Below, in pieces: positions 24,046 to 32,000 of a stretch of DNA of 32,000 bases (positions within the stretch are counted from its first letter, which is position 1; every line of letters begins with the position of its first letter). Source of the DNA: Granulosicoccaceae bacterium (lineage in GTDB: Bacteria > Pseudomonadota > Gammaproteobacteria > Granulosicoccales > Granulosicoccaceae); the NCBI GenBank assembly GCA_965222695.1, contig OZ244967.1, positions 2,084,397-2,116,396 on the forward strand, in the 5' to 3' direction. The notes below the pieces were generated by a model that did not search any database, was not told the origin of the DNA, and saw only the letters and a program-made list of their open reading frames with translations. The position numbers and the translations under genes are program-made.

Positions 24046-25794
24046 TTACGCCTCTTTCACCGCCTTGTCTTTTTTGAAGTAACCAAGCCAGATACCGCTC
24101 AAGAGCCACGTATATAAATAAGTACCCGCGATAATTATCGCAAATGCCACGATAATATCGGTCGTACTGCCGTTGAGAGAAAATGCCGGCACATAACCGA
24201 ACAAAAACGGTGCAAGATAGAGGAACTTGGCAAATTTAAATGCAACAAATGCCGTTTTCCACATATTTGCTTTAGCGATGGTGGCACCGGCAAAAGCCGC
24301 AATACATACGGGCGGCGTAATATTGGAATCCTGGGATAGCCAATAAACAATCATGTGCGCCGCAATTTCATTTACGCCTAAATGCGTTAGTGCAGGTACG
24401 GCGACCACGGCGGTAATCAGATATGCTGCAGTCACCGGAACGCCCATTCCCAGTACCAACGAAGCCAAGGCTATAAATAAAATGGTGAGATACAATTTGC
24501 CGTCTGCCAGTTCTATGACTATATCGGCAAATGTCAGCATCAGGCCGCTGAATGTCAGCACACCGATAATGATACCGATTACACCCAGTGTGGCGCCGAT
24601 TTGCAGGCTGGATTCCGTGCCCGCTCTGGCGGCATCGATCAATCGTTTGGGGCCGATACGGGAACTCTTGTCTCTCGCAATCCAACTGACGGCAATACAG
24701 GTAAAAATCCCCAACACCGCCGAATAGCCGGGCGAGTATCCATAAAGCATGAATATAGTGATTACCACCAGGGGCAGGACATAAAACCACTGCGTACGGA
24801 GAATCTCCTTTGGATCCATATCCGACTTTTCACCGACGATATGATTTTTCTTGGCCTCGAAATGTACCATCATAAAAACGCTAAAAAAATACATCACCGC
24901 GGGGAAAATGGCCACGAGCATTATTTGCGAATAAGGCATGCCGGTCAATTCCGCCATGATAAAACCGCCCGCGCCCATGATCGGCGGCATAAACATCCCA
25001 CCGATGGATGCTGCCGGCTCTATGCCTCCCGCAACATGTGGCCTAAAACCGGCTTTTTTCATCATGGGAATGGTAAATGCACCTGTGGATACGGTATTTG
25101 CAATCGCACTGCCGGAAATGGATCCGAACAACCCACTGGCTATTACCGAAACTTTGCCCGGCCCCCCGACTTTATGGCCAACCGCAGCAAGCGGAAAATC
25201 AATAAAAAACTTCTGCGCACCGCTTTTCTCCAAAAAAGCGCCGAAAATGACGAATAAAACGATATATGTCGCCAATACATTTGCCATGATGCCGAATACA
25301 CCGTCACTCTTATAAAATATATTGGTACATAGCAATGGAAAGGTATCGCCTGCATGTTGCACAACTTCGGGAATAAATTCGGAATCGCCGAAAACGCCAT
25401 AGAGAATCATAACGGCGCCCATGATTACAAAGACCGTCCCTACGACTCGCCGGGCAACCTCTATGCCCAGCAGAACGCCGATCATGGCAATCATCTGATC
25501 GAGCTGGGTTTCGGCGCCGGAGCGGTAATTTATCGCCTCGAAATTGGCAATCCAATAGCCGATCGCGACGACCGACAAGGCCATCAACAGATAATCAACA
25601 ACCCGTAACAGCGGGTTTTGCGATTTGTACAATAAAAATACAAGAACATAGGTGATGATGACATAGACACCACGGTGGTATTGCGTTTCCGCGGGCTGGA
25701 GAACTGCCGAGTAAATATAGAAACACACCAGTACCAATGCGAGCGCATCAAACAAGTACTTTTCCCAGGTGTTTAAATGATCGTAATGCCGCAT
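24046..25794 (-). CDS. TRAP transporter fused permease (DctQ/DctM-like, TAXI-associated type)
   Basis: About 582 aa and very hydrophobic, with many TM helices. It lies directly downstream of a TAXI-type receptor gene. I place the start at ATG 25794, preceded by GGAGGAG. The track start at 25806 is a GTG inside that Shine-Dalgarno sequence. Confidence 0.85.
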   Translation of the reverse strand: MRHYDHLNTWEKYLFDALALVLVCFYIYSAVLQPAETQYHRGVYVIITYVLVFLLYKSQNPLLRVVDYLLMALSVVAIGYWIANFEAINYRSGAETQLDQMIAMIGVLLGIEVARRVVGTVFVIMGAVMILYGVFGDSEFIPEVVQHAGDTFPLLCTNIFYKSDGVFGIMANVLATYIVLFVIFGAFLEKSGAQKFFIDFPLAAVGHKVGGPGKVSVIASGLFGSISGSAIANTVSTGAFTIPMMKKAGFRPHVAGGIEPAASIGGMFMPPIMGAGGFIMAELTGMPYSQIMLVAIFPAVMYFFSVFMMVHFEAKKNHIVGEKSDMDPKEILRTQWFYVLPLVVITIFMLYGYSPGYSAVLGIFTCIAVSWIARDKSSRIGPKRLIDAARAGTESSLQIGATLGVIGIIIGVLTFSGLMLTFADIVIELADGKLYLTILFIALASLVLGMGVPVTAAYLITAVVAVPALTHLGVNEIAAHMIVYWLSQDSNITPPVCIAAFAGATIAKANMWKTAFVAFKFAKFLYLAPFLFGYVPAFSLNGSTTDIIVAFAIIIAGTYLYTWLLSGIWLGYFKKDKAVKEA

Positions 25795-25880
25795 GACTCC
25801 TCCCACTACAAACTTGTATTACAGACAAACTCAATATTGAATACAAAGCGGCCATCAATGGCCGCAATCCTGATTTATTA

Positions 25881-25923
25881 TTTTAAAAACGGCGGCCCAC
25901 GGAATTATCCGTCCGGGCCGCCG
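25881..25923 (-). terminator. strong intercistronic hairpin with U-run between the TRAP receptor and permease genes (attenuator/terminator)
   Basis: The minus strand reads CGGCGGCCC-GG-ACGGA-taat-TCCGT-GGGCCGCCG followed by TTTTTAAAA. That is 9 + 5 bp with a 2-nt bulge. It starts 32 nt after the receptor stop codon. Confidence 0.55.
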
Positions 25924-25954
25924 GATGCGCTCAAGTTAACTTTGGTAAGGGAGA

Positions 25955-26929
25955 TTACATTAACCCCTTCTCTTTCCAGAATTTTTCAGCGCCGGGGTGC
26001 ATAGGCGTCACTATTCCGTTTTTACCGGTATCTATGGCCATTTCCTTGAACGTTTTCTTTTGCTGCTTCATATGCGCAAGGCCCTCATCGGTATAAATGG
26101 TCGACAACAGATCATAGACAATATCGTCCGATACATCCGCATTAGCCACCCACAGAGCGGAATCCTGAAAAGAAGGTATTTCCTGATCTACGCCTTTGTA
26201 GGTACCGGCCGGCACACTCAACTTGGAAAAATACGGGTACTCGTCGAAAAAGCCGCTTTCCTCCGCTTCCTTACCCAAGTCAATCATGGCGATATCATTG
26301 GTCTGAGCTGCCATAATGACGGCGCCGCTTGGGAAGGCGGTGAACAGCCAGAAGGCATCCAGTTGATTGTTACCGAAGGCCTGGGCCGCATCGTTGTATC
26401 CCATGGCGTTGCGCTCGATCTGGTCCCATATGCCGGTATGGGTAAAAAACAATTCGCAGTTGGCGAATGCGCCTGAACCGGCGTTGCCGACACCGACTTT
26501 CTTACCGACCAGATCCTTCAGACCGGTGATGCCGGAATCCTTTTTCACCACCAGTTGTGCAGGCGCTCCGTAAAGGTAGGAAACGGCCAGTACATTTTCA
26601 TATTTATTGGTATCGTTTTTCAATTTACCGTTAAGGCCTAAATAGACATGGCCTGAATAAACCACCCCGAAATGGGCTTTACCGCTGTTGACCTTTCGCA
26701 GATTTTCGACTGAACCGGCCGATGACTGCGCCCGAATCCGGTATTTTTCCGATTGTTTTACCGGATCGTAAACCTGAACCGCATTCGCGACGACCTGGAA
26801 AGTGCCGCCCGCCGGTCCCCCGCTAAAGACCAGATTCTTTTTTGCTGCCATCGCGGGAGCCACGGCCAGTGTGGTCATAGCGGTCGCTAAACCGGCAGCC
26901 AATAAATAACGACGTGAAATAGAGAACAT
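25955..26929 (-). CDS. TRAP transporter solute receptor, TAXI family
   Basis: Start placed at ATG 26929, preceded by GAGGAG. The track start at 26947 is a TTG within that Shine-Dalgarno region. Signal peptide MFSISRRYLLAAGLATAMTTLAVAPAMA. Contains SGGPAGGTFQVVANA and overall TAXI-like sequence. Confidence 0.88.
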   Translation of the reverse strand: MFSISRRYLLAAGLATAMTTLAVAPAMAAKKNLVFSGGPAGGTFQVVANAVQVYDPVKQSEKYRIRAQSSAGSVENLRKVNSGKAHFGVVYSGHVYLGLNGKLKNDTNKYENVLAVSYLYGAPAQLVVKKDSGITGLKDLVGKKVGVGNAGSGAFANCELFFTHTGIWDQIERNAMGYNDAAQAFGNNQLDAFWLFTAFPSGAVIMAAQTNDIAMIDLGKEAEESGFFDEYPYFSKLSVPAGTYKGVDQEIPSFQDSALWVANADVSDDIVYDLLSTIYTDEGLAHMKQQKKTFKEMAIDTGKNGIVTPMHPGAEKFWKEKGLM

Positions 26930-27286
26930 TTTAGACTTACTCCTCAATCTTTATATTTCTGAGCACGGCAGGGCCGCTTAAAGCCCTGTTGTTATCGATG
27001 GCCAAATCAGGGTCTTGTAATCCTGTTTAAGAAAGCGGCCATCTGTAGGCAAACAGAATAAAAGCCAGCCCGACAAAAGTCCATGACTAATCAGTCTAAG
27101 GAGGCATTGCAACAGCCATTTTTCCGGTTGCGCCTTATCATTGAAAAATTTATTCAAAAGTGGTTGCAAACCCTATATAAACCCTAGTAAATTGCTCACT
27201 CATTGTTCGGACGCGTCCATCCCCGAACTCAGGTGGCCTAGCAAGAAGCCCTCAGCCGGATCTTCCATTTCTCGGGGAGATATGCA

Positions 27287-28603
27287 ATGTACAATTCCAA
27301 TCGGAAAATCGATCCAAACCGCCGCCTGGGATTGAAGCCCGATGGCACTCCCATGACCAACAACCGGGTGGAAATCGGCCCCACCGCGCTTGCATTTGAT
27401 GAGTGGAAAGAATTGGGCCTGGAAGCTCCCAATCTGACTGCGATGCGTGAGTACCGGCTCAATCGCATTACCGCTGAGCTGCGACAACGCGATCTGGCCG
27501 GCATCGTACTGTTTGATCCGCTCAATATCCGTTACGCGACGGATTCGACCAATATGCAGCTCTGGATTACCCATAATCATGCACGTGCCTGTTTTGTAGC
27601 TGCGGATGGCTATATCGCTCTGTGGGATTTTCACGGCAGCGACCACTTATCGGCTCACTTGCCCTTGGTAAAGGAAGTCCGTCACGGTGCTTCCTTCTTC
27701 TATTTTGAGACTGCCGAACGAACGCAGCAACATGCGGCCCGGTTTGCGTCCGAGATACAATCACTGATGACACGGCATTCGGGACGCAATATCCGCCTGG
27801 CGGTGGATAAAATCGAAATTGCGGGTTTACGGGAGTTTGACCGGCTCGGCTTGACGATTGCAGACGGGCAAGAGGTTATGGAACTGGCGCGCGTCATTAA
27901 ATGCGAGGATGAAATCCGCGCCATGCGCTGCTCCCTGGCTTCCACCGAAATCTCGCTGCGCCGGATGCAATATGCCTCGGTGCCGGGCTGTAGTGAAAAT
28001 GATATATGGTCGGTACTGCATGCGGAAAACATTCGCCGCGGCGGCGAATGGATTGAGTGCCGGCTTTTGTCCACCGGCCCGAGAACCAACCCCTGGTTTC
28101 AGGAATGCGGGCCCAGAATCGTGGAAAACGGCGACCTGCTGGCGGTGGATACTGACCTGATCGGCCCCTACGGAATCTGCGCGGACATTTCCCGCACCTG
28201 GCTGATCGGCGACAAGTCTCCGACCAAAGAACAAAAACGCCTGTACCGAATTGCCTACGAACACATTATGTTCAATATGGAACTGCTCAAACCCGGCATC
28301 AGCTTTCGTCAGATCAGTGAACAGGGGCAAAGGCTGCCGGAAGAATTTCGCGAGCAGAGATATAGCGTCATGATGCACGGAGTTGGCTTGTGTGATGAAT
28401 ACCCTTGCATACGTTATCCCGAGGATCTGGCCGGTCACGGTTATGCGGGAGAGTTGCAAACCGGCATGGTATTGTGTGTTGAAGCTTATATCGGTGCGCT
28501 CGGAGGAAAAGAGGGTGTCAAACTTGAAGATCAGGTTCTGATTACCGAAACCGGTTATGAGAATCTGACCCACTATCCATTCGAAGACAGTCTATTGGCC
28601 TGA
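27287..28603 (+). CDS. M24-family metalloenzyme (creatinase/prolidase fold), DddP-like
   Basis: 438 aa. Contains FDPLNIRYATDSTNMQLW. Metal-ligand candidates are D288, D290, D300 (AVDTDLIGPYGICAD), H364 (MHGVGLCDEYP, with D370), E399 (LCVEAY) and E414 (KLEDQVLITE). GGAGA lies upstream of the ATG. Confidence 0.85.
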   Translation: MYNSNRKIDPNRRLGLKPDGTPMTNNRVEIGPTALAFDEWKELGLEAPNLTAMREYRLNRITAELRQRDLAGIVLFDPLNIRYATDSTNMQLWITHNHARACFVAADGYIALWDFHGSDHLSAHLPLVKEVRHGASFFYFETAERTQQHAARFASEIQSLMTRHSGRNIRLAVDKIEIAGLREFDRLGLTIADGQEVMELARVIKCEDEIRAMRCSLASTEISLRRMQYASVPGCSENDIWSVLHAENIRRGGEWIECRLLSTGPRTNPWFQECGPRIVENGDLLAVDTDLIGPYGICADISRTWLIGDKSPTKEQKRLYRIAYEHIMFNMELLKPGISFRQISEQGQRLPEEFREQRYSVMMHGVGLCDEYPCIRYPEDLAGHGYAGELQTGMVLCVEAYIGALGGKEGVKLEDQVLITETGYENLTHYPFEDSLLA

Positions 28604-28617
28604 TACTGACCCGGATT

Positions 28618-29808
28618 ATGAAGATTACAGACCTTGAAACCTTTATCGTCGGCAACCCGCCGCCCCATTTCGGTGGCCGCTATTTTGTTTTTCTCAGAAT
28701 CACGACCGACCACGGTGTCCGGGGCATAGGGGAAGCCTACTGTCTGCCATTTCATCCCCGCGTGGTGGTTAAAATGATCGAAGATGTCTTCAGCCGCTGC
28801 CTGCAAGGCGAAGATCCTCATCAAATCGAAACCCTGTGGCGCAGGGTTTATTCCAGCGGCTTTACACAAAATCCGGATCTCTCGATTATGGGGGTTTTGA
28901 GCGGGTTGGAAATGGCTTGTTGGGACATTATCGGCAAGGAAGCGAATCAACCGGTCTACAATCTGCTCGGTGGTAAAGTGCACGAAAAACTGCGCTCCTA
29001 CACTTATCTTTATCCTCATGAAGACGATGCGACCAATGTGTATGAAGATCCCGCACTGGCGGCCGAGCGCGCCCTCGACTATGTCGATCAAGGTTTTACC
29101 GCAGTCAAGTTTGACCCCGCAGGGCCCTACAGTGCCTTCGACGGGCGGCAGCTGTCTCTTGCCGCTCTCAAACGAAGCGAGGAATTTTTACGTTTGATTC
29201 GCGAAGCAGTGGGCGACCGCGCAGATCTGTTATTCGGCACCCACGGTCAAATGACAGCCGCCGGAGCCATCCGGCTGGCCAGACGGCTTGAGCCATTTGA
29301 TCCTTTATGGTTCGAGGAACCTGTGCCGCCGGACAGCCCGGAAGAGATGGCCAGAGTTGCCCGGGCAACATCCATTCCCATAGCCGCGGGCGAAAGACTG
29401 GCCAGCAAATATGAATTCGGCCGTTTGCTGCGAATTCATGGAGCGGCCATTTTGCAAATGGATCTGGGCAGGGTCGGCGGTCTGCTGGAGGCAAAAAAAA
29501 TCGCCGGTATGGCGGAAGCGCAGCAAGTGCAAATCGCTCCGCATTTGTATTGCGGACCGGTTGCCGGTGCGGCAAATATTCAACTCAGCACCTGCAGCCC
29601 GAATTTCTTAATCCTGGAAGGTATTAAACGCTGGCGGGGATTTCATGCCGAGATGTTATTACAGCCGATTCAGTGGCAGAACGGTTATGTCATTCCTCCG
29701 TCCACGCCCGGTCTCGGTGTGGAACTCAATGATAAAGTAATCAGCAGGCATCCCTATACGGGTGATGAACTGCATTTACAGATGCAGCAAAACCCTGTGT
29801 ATGACTGA
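28618..29808 (+). CDS. enolase-superfamily enzyme (mandelate racemase / muconate lactonizing family, acid-sugar dehydratase-like)
   Basis: 396 aa. N-terminus MKITDLETFIVG...ITTDHGVRGIGEAY. Contains CWDIIGKEANQPVYNLLGG. Metal-ligand blocks are AVKFDP, LWFEEPV and IAAGERL. Confidence 0.9.
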   Translation: MKITDLETFIVGNPPPHFGGRYFVFLRITTDHGVRGIGEAYCLPFHPRVVVKMIEDVFSRCLQGEDPHQIETLWRRVYSSGFTQNPDLSIMGVLSGLEMACWDIIGKEANQPVYNLLGGKVHEKLRSYTYLYPHEDDATNVYEDPALAAERALDYVDQGFTAVKFDPAGPYSAFDGRQLSLAALKRSEEFLRLIREAVGDRADLLFGTHGQMTAAGAIRLARRLEPFDPLWFEEPVPPDSPEEMARVARATSIPIAAGERLASKYEFGRLLRIHGAAILQMDLGRVGGLLEAKKIAGMAEAQQVQIAPHLYCGPVAGAANIQLSTCSPNFLILEGIKRWRGFHAEMLLQPIQWQNGYVIPPSTPGLGVELNDKVISRHPYTGDELHLQMQQNPVYD

Positions 29809-29858
29809 GAACACGCCTGCTGAAAAAGGGTGGAAATGATTTTTCAATCCTGTTCGGA

Positions 29859-31100
29859 ATGACCTCTGTCCGTCATCTGATTCCCCTGCTTGCCGCTGCC
29901 GGAATACTGCTGGCAGGCAATGGGCTGCAAGGTACGCTTATCGCCGTCAGGGGCAGCGCCGAAGGTTTTTCCACCACACTGATCGGATTTATCGGAGCAA
30001 GTTATTTTCTCGGCTTTATGCTCGGTTGTTTTACGGTTACTCCCATGTTGCGCGCGGTCGGACATATCCGTGTATTTTGCGCGATGGCTGCGGTGGCGGC
30101 GTCGGGAACCCTGTTACTTGTACTGATTATCGACCCCCATATCTGGATACTGCTGCGGTTTTTGATAGGGCTTTGTTTTGCCTCCCTTTTCACCACGGTT
30201 GAAAGCTGGGTCAATTCAAGTGTGGCCAATCATGAACGCGGTAAGGTTCTATCCATTTACCGGCTTGTCGATCTGGCCTGCGTCACCGGTTCGCAGTATT
30301 TTATTCCGCTGTTTGGTTCAGAGGGATTTACGATCTTCGCGGTGATGGCGATCATGATCGCCATATCCTTGGTACCCATATCATTGGCGGACCGGTCGAA
30401 TCCCGTTCCTCCCAAGACGGTAAAATTCTCTCCGGATTTTATCTGGCGTCTATCGCCGCTGGCCTCACTCGGTTGCATTGTCATCGGATTAACCACTTCT
30501 TCGTTCCGGGTAATAGGCCCGGTGTATGCACAGTCGATCGGTATGTCCATCGCATCGGTTGCGACCTTTATGAGTGCAGGAATAGTCGGCGGTGCAGTGT
30601 TGCAATATCCGCTGGGCTCCGCATCGGACAAATACGGGCGGCGGATCATTCTGGTGATAGCGACTCTGGGCGCGGCGGCGGCGGGCCTTTTTCTCAATCT
30701 GTCAGCGGGCCGGGACGAAACATTGAATTTCTTGGGCATATTTGTGTTCGGTGCCTTTGCCCTGCCTTTGTATTCGCTCTCTGCCGCACACGCGAACGAC
30801 TATGCCCAGGGAGATGACTATATTCAGGTCGCGACGGGGCTGATGTTTTTTTGGTCTTTGGGTGCGATTTTCGGACCCTTTCTGGCCTCTTTGCTGATGG
30901 ATAGCTTCGGACCGAATGTACTGTTCAGCTTCACCAGCACCGTGCATTTTTCGCTGGTACTTATCACCCTTTGGCGCGCCCGAGTCCGCAACGCTGTTCC
31001 ATTTGAACAAAGAAGACGGTTTGTTACTTTACTGAGAACCTCACCCATGATTTCCCGACTGGCCCGGCGCAGCACCAAACAACAATCAAACGGTCAGTGA
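29859..31100 (+). CDS. MFS transporter
   Basis: 413 aa with about 12 TM helices and an MFS loop motif GSASDKYGRRIIL. Confidence 0.85.
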   Translation: MTSVRHLIPLLAAAGILLAGNGLQGTLIAVRGSAEGFSTTLIGFIGASYFLGFMLGCFTVTPMLRAVGHIRVFCAMAAVAASGTLLLVLIIDPHIWILLRFLIGLCFASLFTTVESWVNSSVANHERGKVLSIYRLVDLACVTGSQYFIPLFGSEGFTIFAVMAIMIAISLVPISLADRSNPVPPKTVKFSPDFIWRLSPLASLGCIVIGLTTSSFRVIGPVYAQSIGMSIASVATFMSAGIVGGAVLQYPLGSASDKYGRRIILVIATLGAAAAGLFLNLSAGRDETLNFLGIFVFGAFALPLYSLSAAHANDYAQGDDYIQVATGLMFFWSLGAIFGPFLASLLMDSFGPNVLFSFTSTVHFSLVLITLWRARVRNAVPFEQRRRFVTLLRTSPMISRLARRSTKQQSNGQ

Positions 31101-31189
31101 TCCTGAATCCTAAATAATTAGGAGGTCAGAGTACTGGTAGTCCGTCCACTTGATAAGTTCGGGTTCAGCGGGCCTGTTAACACCATCCT

Positions 31190-32000
31190 TCAAGCCGCCA
31201 CCTGAAGCGAATCACGCGGAAAATCGTCTACCATAATGACACTTCTGACGGCGGTTTCAGACGCCTGGTAAGCCTCGGCTTCTTCTGCCGTTAAGGTTCC
31301 GTCCCTGGTCAAGCGATCAATCCAGTCTTCAAACGCTTCATCATAAGGCTTTACGATATTATTGTGCCGCAGTTTTTTCTCAATCGGTTCAGCAGCCAAG
31401 ACCTTTTGCAGGGCATACTCCAACTTTCCCGTAGCGTCATTCGGGTCATCGTTAATATAGATTCCATCCGTAATCCGATCCCGGGCTTGTGACGGATTGA
31501 GCAATATGTCCGCGACCTGATGGCCGAGTCGATCGTTGGGTGTTCGAAACCGGCGGCCGAGGGGGAAAACTATTGCCCGCAGAATCAGACCTACGGTCAC
31601 ATTGGGAAAATTCCTTAAGATTTGGTCCAGCGCTATCTGGACTTCATACAGGCAATGCCGGGCACTCCATTCTGCCAGAGGTTTATCGGCTGCCGGCCGG
31701 CCGGTATCTTCATAGCGCTTCAGTACAGCGGAACATATATACATATAAGTAAGACCGTCGGCAAAACGACCCGAGAGTTTTTCCCGGCGTTTGAGACCAC
31801 CACCGAGAAACAGCAGTGCAAAATCGGCCAGAAAAGCATAAGCTGAACTCATGCGTGCAAGGCGTCTATAGTATTTGGCCAAATCACCGTTGTTGGGTGA
31901 TTTTGCAAATCTGCCGCGGGTGATACCGTGAAACAAAGCTCTTGCACCATTACCTACGGTGTAGGAAATATGGTTCATCAACGCATCATCGAAGGTGTCG
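31190..32000 (-). CDS. fadE: acyl-CoA dehydrogenase FadE, C-terminal part (gene continues past the right edge)
   Basis: The sequence LSGRFADGLTYMYICSAVLKRYEDTGRPAADKPLAEWSARHCLYEVQIALDQILRNFPN...IVFPLGRR matches the C-terminal domain of E. coli-type FadE. The frame stays open upstream of the track's TTG start to position 32000 (..DTFDDAL-MNHISY). Confidence 0.85.
   Translation of the reverse strand, partial: DTFDDALMNHISYTVGNGARALFHGITRGRFAKSPNNGDLAKYYRRLARMSSAYAFLADFALLFLGGGLKRREKLSGRFADGLTYMYICSAVLKRYEDTGRPAADKPLAEWSARHCLYEVQIALDQILRNFPNVTVGLILRAIVFPLGRRFRTPNDRLGHQVADILLNPSQARDRITDGIYINDDPNDATGKLEYALQKVLAAEPIEKKLRHNNIVKPYDEAFEDWIDRLTRDGTLTAEEAEAYQASETAVRSVIMVDDFPRDSLQVAA

Noticed and set aside
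24368-25315. Several 125-218-aa ORFs overlap the TRAP permease gene in other frames.
   Set aside because: They are shadow ORFs of a long hydrophobic gene. Their sequences are Arg/His/Gly-rich with no domain features.
26978-27169. A 63-aa minus-strand ORF in the spacer upstream of the TAXI receptor gene, with a hydrophobic stretch.
   Set aside because: It has a TTG start without a Shine-Dalgarno and lies in the divergent promoter region. It has no recognisable features.
27234-27249. TGGCCTAGCAAGAAGC upstream of the M24 gene, considered as a sigma54 -24/-12 promoter.
   Set aside because: The GG-to-GC spacing is off by one, and the -12 element lacks the TTGC context.
27827-28573. A long 248-aa ORF antisense to the M24 gene. 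Similar antisense or out-of-frame ORFs occur at 28573-29091, 30257-30739 and 27200-27646.
   Set aside because: Each is fully embedded opposite or alongside a gene with clear family motifs. They have Arg/Gly/Ala-rich, low-information sequences typical of shadow ORFs, and they have no motifs.
1-32000. A window-wide look for tRNA/rRNA, CRISPR repeats, IS ends, transposase/integrase/reverse transcriptase, toxin-antitoxin pairs or known defence-gene motifs.
   Set aside because: Nothing was found. Every ORF longer than about 150 aa is accounted for by a housekeeping, transport or metabolic family. There are no spaced direct repeat arrays and no T-psi-C-like GGTTCGAATCC outside coding sequence. The window therefore does not look like a mobile or defence island.

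Overview
This window reads as ordinary chromosomal DNA, roughly 50% GC by eye. The organism looks gammaproteobacterial and carries pqqB-pqqC-pqqD, so it is probably a methylotroph or another quinoprotein user. The taxon cannot be fixed from sequence alone. I can support 31 protein-coding genes (two cut by the window edges), three intrinsic terminators and several perfect palindromes. I saw no rRNA, tRNA, CRISPR array, transposase, integrase or recognisable defence gene. Gene order, left to right: (1) zinc-ribbon protein <- LigB/YgiD-type extradiol dioxygenase <- ferredoxin reductase <- 2Fe-2S ferredoxin <- radical SAM protein. (2) A 560-bp AT-rich spacer. (3) HAD phosphatase -> ArsN2-like GNAT. 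(4) relA <- ybbP <- ybbA, divergent from tesA. (5) LysR regulator, divergent from cytochrome b561 -> yceI. (6) A 5-gene translationally coupled ABC operon (SBP, permease, ATPase, then ABC-2 ATPase and ABC-2 permease), divergent from pqqB -> pqqC -> pqqD -> S9 peptidase. (7) A divergent CsrA-like gene and a small ABM-like gene. (8) A TAXI-TRAP transporter, divergent from DddP-like M24 enzyme -> enolase-superfamily enzyme -> MFS transporter. (9) The 3' part of fadE. The items most worth a second look are: (a) the radical SAM / ferredoxin / ferredoxin reductase / extradiol dioxygenase cluster, which has no obvious pathway; (b) a pqq operon with no pqqA or pqqE here and an S9 peptidase coupled to pqqD; (c) a CsrA paralog that keeps the N-terminal strands but has a different C-terminal half, with a GGA hairpin in its own leader; (d) a DddP-like M24 enzyme in a non-canonical transporter/enolase context; (e) an importer and an ABC-2 pair joined in one operon next to pqq; (f) interleaved inverted repeats and about 400 nt of unexplained sequence between yceI and the ABC operon. 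None of these is shown to be novel from sequence alone. I do not see a clear-cut new system such as a defence island, and I have not forced one.
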